Below, in pieces: positions 58,575 through 64,000 of a DNA stretch of 64,000 nucleotides. Both the position numbers and the translations under genes were made by a program. Numbering within the stretch: the first letter of the stretch is position 1; every line of letters begins with the position of its first letter. The notes below the pieces were generated by a model. It did no database searches. It was given only the letters and a program-made list of their open reading frames with translations, and was not told the origin of the DNA. This stretch comes from Balanoglossus misakiensis (lineage: Eukaryota; Animalia; Hemichordata). The DNA is taken from assembly GCA_040954595.2 (NCBI GenBank), contig CM082598.2, forward strand, positions 9,935,097 through 9,999,096, given 5' to 3'.

Positions 58575-60257
58575 TAATTATTTTGTGGGTGAGATTATCT
58601 GTATTGGCGGCCATTTTGAAAAATTGGTTGCCATGGAAACTCATCAACAGATATTGTGGCTCGCTATCTGAATTTGTTTAGTACACATTAATGCACATCT
58701 GAGCCAAGTTTTGTGCTTTTATCACAAAATGCACAATCGATCTGTTATGCCGCTCCTCTGTAGACATTAAACTGTGTGTTATCCTTTATTCTGTATTTAT
58801 AACTATTTCGGTGACCACAAATACTTTGTAAATCACCCTTTCTATAGTTTCTGGTTTCAAATATCATAATCTGAAATTACATTGGTGTTCTTCAGTCGTT
58901 ATTTTGTGGGAAAGATTAATGTAGTGGCGGCCATTTTGAAAAATGGTTGCCGTGGCTACCCGTTAACAGATATTTAAGTGGCTCGCTATCTGAATTTGCT
59001 TAGGGACCATTCAGTTTTTACGGCCGGGGGGGGGGGGGGCCGGCAAAATCCAGGGGGGGTCACTTGAATTTTGAAGTCCAAAAGGGGGGGGTCATCTGTT
59101 TTTTTTAAACGTTTAGGGGGGGGGGGTCACATACTTTTGCCACCAAACTTTTTCTTTTGAGTCCACAAAATTGCAGTTTCGCGCCCTTTATTTTAAAAAA
59201 TTTTCTAATGTGGGAGGGGGACACCCCCTCCCACACCCACCCCCTACATTCTTTGCAACATATCGATTTTTGCTGGTTTGACTATTCTACCAGGGCAGAG
59301 TGCTTGCCACCCCAAAACCACTGATGATAATATTTAACAAAGTTAATACATAAAGGAGAATAAACGTTTAAACCATTTTGCATAACTGATAGTTTCGTGC
59401 TGCATCTTCTATATGCTGGAAGTTTTATAATTGATGTCATGACGAAGATGACGCCAAATCTTCTAACTTTGAGTGGAATGGCAAAAAATAAAATTGGTCC
59501 TCCCAAACATTGAGATGAATTTGCTTTTGAGTTCATAAAAATGCAACTTTGAGCTACATATTTTACAAAATTTTCACCCACCCCCTACATTCTATGCAAC
59601 ATATCATTTATCCGCTGGTTTGTCTAGTGTACCAGGGCAGACTTATTCCCACCCCACCCATATGCTTACTTTGGGTGGAGTGGCAAAATCAAAATTCGTC
59701 CTGCCTAACATTGACTTTATTTTCTTTTGAGTTCATTAAAATGCAACTTTGAGCACCATATTTTATAAAATTTTCTTATGTGGGAGGGGGACACCCCCTC
59801 CCACGCCCACCCCGCCACTTTTCTTGTTTTACCAATTCTAGCAACTATTGTATTGACTTGTCATTTTATTTTGTTCATAGATTTCTTTATTGCAACGATA
59901 TTATTAAATAATTCAATTACTTTAAGAAATTTATAATTGAGGGGTGAGGAGCCCCATTCCCTTTATTGCATACAGTGTATACATAGGATCAGGACGGTGA
60001 ATGTTTTCGGCGTGGGGAGGGGGGGTCATCATATTTTTGGGTCTGTCAAAGGGGGGGTCATCATTTTTTTGGGCTGGGTGAAGGGGGGGTCGGCCTGATT
60101 TTGAGAACCGATGACACAAACTTGCCAGCCCCCCCCCCCCCTGCCGTAAAAACTGAACGGTCCCTTAGTACACAGTAACACACATCTGAGCCAAGTTTGG
60201 TGCTTTTATCACAAAATGCACAATCGCTATGAAAATTGGGGTTTGGCCGCTCCGCTA
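58575..60257. mobile_element. Duplicated Academ-like right ends, the second interrupted by a Zator-like element
   Basis: Two copies of GGCGGCCATTTTGAAAAA...CACAAAATGCACAATCG; final ...CCGCTCCGCTA followed by CTAG. Confidence 0.55.
59003..60164. mobile_element. TTA-TSD TIR element (Zator or Harbinger type)
   Basis: TTA-GGGACCATTCAGTTTTTACGGC ... GCCGTAAAAACTGAACGGTCCC-TTA; empty site in the neighbouring duplicate at about 58678. Confidence 0.8.
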
Positions 60258-62530
60258 CTAGGTAATCAAACAGTGAACACTATCCTTACGGTATCCAGTA
60301 AAAGTGTTTCCGAGTATGTTTTAACTTTAGAACCGCCAAACACATAACATGTATCGGGTATGTTGCCTCATCAGCCTCATTTCATTTCGTCTGCACAGTC
60401 TTTGTCTGCACCACGTAAGTCCACGTTGCTGAAGTTGCCCGTCATCTGGAAATTTGAATGCGAACGCAACTGCCACCTGAGCGCGTCTGACGTCATTTGA
60501 TAGCGAAGAATACACAGCGATACTTGCCTCTCCAGAGGGCGCCGTCAATGACCTTTGGCTTTTCAGAGACGAGGTCCAAGATCGAGGTCCAAGACGTCTC
60601 TCCAAATCCGTTCTGGTTTGAGCTCGCGCTCTGAAGCGGAATTGGAGAGACTTCTGGACCGCGTATCTGAAAAGCCAAAGGTCATTGATGGCGCCCTCTT
60701 GAGAGGCAAACAGCTAACAAACGCACTACGTCTTTGAAATGTCAAAGGTCATTGACGGCGCCCTCTGGAGCTGAGAGACTGGTAGCGATGGTGTCAAATC
60801 TTTACCAAGAGAGAGACTGCCTTACTCGCCGCTAGTGCGTAAGTATGTCACATATGGTTGGTGTAAGACGGTTAACAGTCTCCCCTCGGCGAGGGTGCCC
60901 ACCTCGGGCGATACGGGTCAAATGTGGTTTGTCGCCAACCTTCACGATTAAGCAACGGTTTCCAGTCGTTTCGGCCCCTCAGTTTTACAACGAATTTAAC
61001 AAATGCCCCCACTTGTTGGGGTTGGGGTAGCTGCAATGATTGTAGCGAGTGCTGAGTGTGTTTGCAGCCCCCAGTAAACCAGTCAACCTAGCAGCACCAG
61101 CTCCCCGGGCACCTCTGTCTTCCAAGTTCTGGCCAGATGGCTAATAGGCATACATGTATGTGTTTTTATGTTCGTATAGACAGAGAATTGTGCATTCTGA
61201 TTCATTCATTACTCCCAGAGGGACTTTTAATAGCTCTATACTGCCAGTACTGGTATAAATATCATGGAAATACCAATCTGAGAAGAAAATAATCTTAATC
61301 TGTATCTGTTATACATAAAGCACATTATAAAAAAATATCTCAGATCGAATAAGAGAAATAAAACAAATTACAATAGAACTTTACAGGCATTACATTGAAA
61401 ACATACTGCCAGAAATTATACATTATGGTATTAGTCCATGGGCCAGAGACCGAAACCCTCCCCCCCCTGAGGAGTTTTGCAGACATATATTTTTGGAAAG
61501 CCTATTTATCCAGCTGTCAGAATCAGGTTGTTTGCACTCATATTAATGGTGGGTGTGGCCGTGAGGAGCGGTTGTCATGGTAACGATAGCATAATTTTAG
61601 GGGTACTCATACAGTTAAAAAATGATATATTTCAGGATCTGAGAAAGCTAGAGAAAAAATTTAAACATTGGGTCTTATAAAGTAGGGGACGGGCTATCCA
61701 ATGATTACATGACCGACAAGGTCAGAGGTCAAGTTCATCTTCAAAACGCGGGGTCAAAGTAAAAATTTCGCTATTTTTTGCACATGGATCATACATAGTT
61801 TCGATTTACTGGAAAACGGTTTGCTCGAGGAGGCTGTAAATTGGTCATCAGGTAGCATGGAACATTAGGTTTATGAAAAATAAGCTGATTCACGTCTTTG
61901 ATATTAAGTTATATTAAAATTCTGTTACCATAACGACGGATAGCAGATTTTGCGAAAATCAAAAAAATAAGAATCCTGCTATATCTTTGCTACCAATTAA
62001 GCTTTATATAAAATTTAAACACTCAAACTTATAATGTCGGGTGCGATCTTTTCATTGCTAACTTGAACTTTAGCAGAAAATTCTACGAAAATGGAGTAGA
62101 TAGGTGAATAAATATCTTCGGGGAGGCCAAAACGGGAGTGACCCCCCGAAAAAAAAATGATGGAGGGGCCCTAAAAATTGCACCCCATTATTTTCGGGTA
62201 GTTGGGTCCCCATAGAAGCCAAAACAGCAAAAAAATCAATTTTAGAACAAAAATCCTACGGGAATACACATCATACCACACTATACCCGTTTTACAGTTG
62301 TTACGGTAGAAAAAAACCGGGAGCACACAATGGAGTTTGTAGTTCAACAACACAATGTTTAATTGAAAAATTAACTTTCTAAAATCAAAAGGTCGCACAG
62401 AAAAAAAATGTTCTATGTGTTTTACGTACCCTGCTTGGTCGAGGAGTTACTGAGTCCACAAAAGTCCTGGCCGAACTCAAGCCTCACCAAGGCCGAAGTC
62501 CATTGCTGACAAAGTCCAACATTCACGGAA

Positions 62531-62812
62531 GCCAGTTGCTCACAGAAGTCAGTTGCTCACAGTAGTCCGTTGCTCACATGAAGTCCGTTGCTCACAGAAA
62601 GTCTGTTGCTCACAAAAGTCAGTTGCTCACAGAAGTCAGTTGCTCACAGTAGTCCGTTGCTCACACGAAGTCCGTTGCTCACAGAAAGTCCGTTGCTCAC
62701 AGAAAGTCAGTTGCTCACAGAAGTCAGTTGCTCACACAAAGTCCGTTGCTCACAGAAGTCAGTTGCTCACAGTAGTCCGTTGCTCACACAAAGTCTGTTG
62801 CTGACAGAGTCC
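62531..62812. repeat. Minisatellite, about 16 units of 17-18 bp (AGTC[AC]GTTGCTCACA-N2-3)
   Basis: Direct reading. Confidence 0.93.
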
Positions 62813-63608
62813 AGCCCAGCTAGGTAAATTCCTAATTCCCAAGGCGATGTGGAGCTGGAGTGACATGCTCCTCCGAGTGAGTCAGTGTTGAGAAGTGTGC
62901 CTCGTGGTTTTTGTGAGAAGGCCTTTTATATGGGTGACCATCTGGTTATTACTAATATTTAAATGAACTAGTTGAAAAGGCAGGGCCCTTTGTTATAAAT
63001 GCAAAGAAAAGCTACCCCTCTCTCGACTAAGCAACTAAACAGGGTGTGTCATAACACAGTATTATTTATTGCTGTATCTTTGAAATTGAAAGTATTGAAT
63101 TTCATTTTATTGTCTTTTGAAAATCCTGGAAAAGATATTTTTTTCTGAAAATGTCCACAAAATTTCCAAATGATAACCAGTGCTATGAGCCTATGATTAA
63201 GCGATTACCCCTGCCACAGGCGGGTATACACAAGATTTGGGTACAATTCGAGACATGTAGCACGAGTCATTAGGCGAGTGCTATTTGGAGCGAATTACAC
63301 GCCTGCACCATCTTGAGTAAGTCGGCTGACATACTGACTGATCCTTAGAGTGTGAAAAGTTGAAACTGTGTTACAAACTGTTTGAAGCAAAACATGTTAT
63401 TTTCGCGATATCAAAAGAGGCAACTGTTTTGCGAGTATTAATTTTCGCATTCTCTTATGAAAAGAACAATTCACGTTATTTTGGCTCTCGCGTATTCCGC
63501 GAAAAATTTATTGCTCGCGAAAATAACATGTTTCACAGTATTTTTGTCCAAGTACTACTCCCAATTCTGATGTATTGATTTGTGTTGTAATGACTTTCTG
63601 CACATCAG

Positions 63609-63759
63609 GTATATTTCATTGAAGTGACTCTAGAAAGTGGGAAGTCATACCTGATTGTAAGACGACATAGTCATTTTAACACTCTACAAGAACGATTAGA
63701 TGACAGATTCCCCAATGAAGCCGGTTATGCAGGACCAAGGAAATTACCAACCTTACCAG
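63609..63759 (+). CDS. Internal exon encoding a PX (phox homology) domain, NCF4/NCF1/SH3PXD2-family-like
   Basis: catcag acceptor, gtaaaa donor; VYFIEVTLESGKSYLIVRRHSHFNTLQERLDDRFPNEAGYAGPRKLPTLPG shows the PX pattern RRxxxFxxLxxxLxxRFP...LPxLP. Confidence 0.8.
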
Positions 63760-64000
63760 GTAAAAAATTACTCATTCGTGAGAAGAATTCAAGCATTGTT
63801 AAAGGCCCAATAGCTGCCATTTTTGGCATTTTTTTTCAAACTTAGAGTGGTCTACATGTATTTAAATGGACTTACTGATGGGTATACACCAACATGTAAT
63901 CAACCTCTGATTGTGGCTGCATATTTAAATATGATCAAGTTCAGTAATAAATGGGTGCCACACCCATTTACATGTATTCAGTTGCCCATTACAAGAGTAT

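Noticed and set aside
62531-62812. 17-18-bp repeat array as CRISPR or as repetitive protein ORFs (62553-62827)
   Set aside because: No spacers, and the mixed unit lengths shift frame, so the ORFs are by-products.
1-64000. rRNA, tRNA, snRNA/snoRNA genes or an intact autonomous transposase
   Set aside because: None recognisable by eye, and no long transposase ORF appears in the track; a covariance-model search would be needed to exclude small RNAs.

Overview
Eukaryotic (animal) genomic DNA: AT-rich, intron-rich and dominated by nested non-autonomous transposons. The host is probably a marine invertebrate deuterostome, which is inferred from protein similarity and the transposon repertoire. The backbone is the 3' part of an RMC1 (C18orf8/Mic1, regulator of MON1-CCZ1) gene on the + strand: 11 coding exons from 6972 to the stop at 54505 that splice into one open frame of about 434 aa. 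One intron (21727-29407) is a 7.7-kb minor-spliceosome (U12-type GT-AG) intron. One PX-domain exon of a p40/p47phox/SH3PXD2-like gene lies at 63609-63759. The introns hold Helentron-like (HINE) tandem-repeat elements that appear to insert into their own heads, plus Kolobok-, Academ-, P-, Harbinger-, Zator-, MULE-, hAT- and Tc1/pogo-like TIR elements, Crypton-like palindromes and LINE fragments. Several insertions are confirmed by an empty site in a sister copy inside the window. The most unusual observations are: self-nesting HINE head stacks with co-varying hairpins; a 43-bp hairpin transposon with a 9-bp TSD; a foldback element carrying four divergent CTCF-like motifs; a decayed Chapaev/RAG1-N-terminal-like coding relic; and competing U2 sites around the U12 intron. 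No rRNA, tRNA or CRISPR array was seen. Superfamily labels rest on TIR/TSD signatures only, with no database search.
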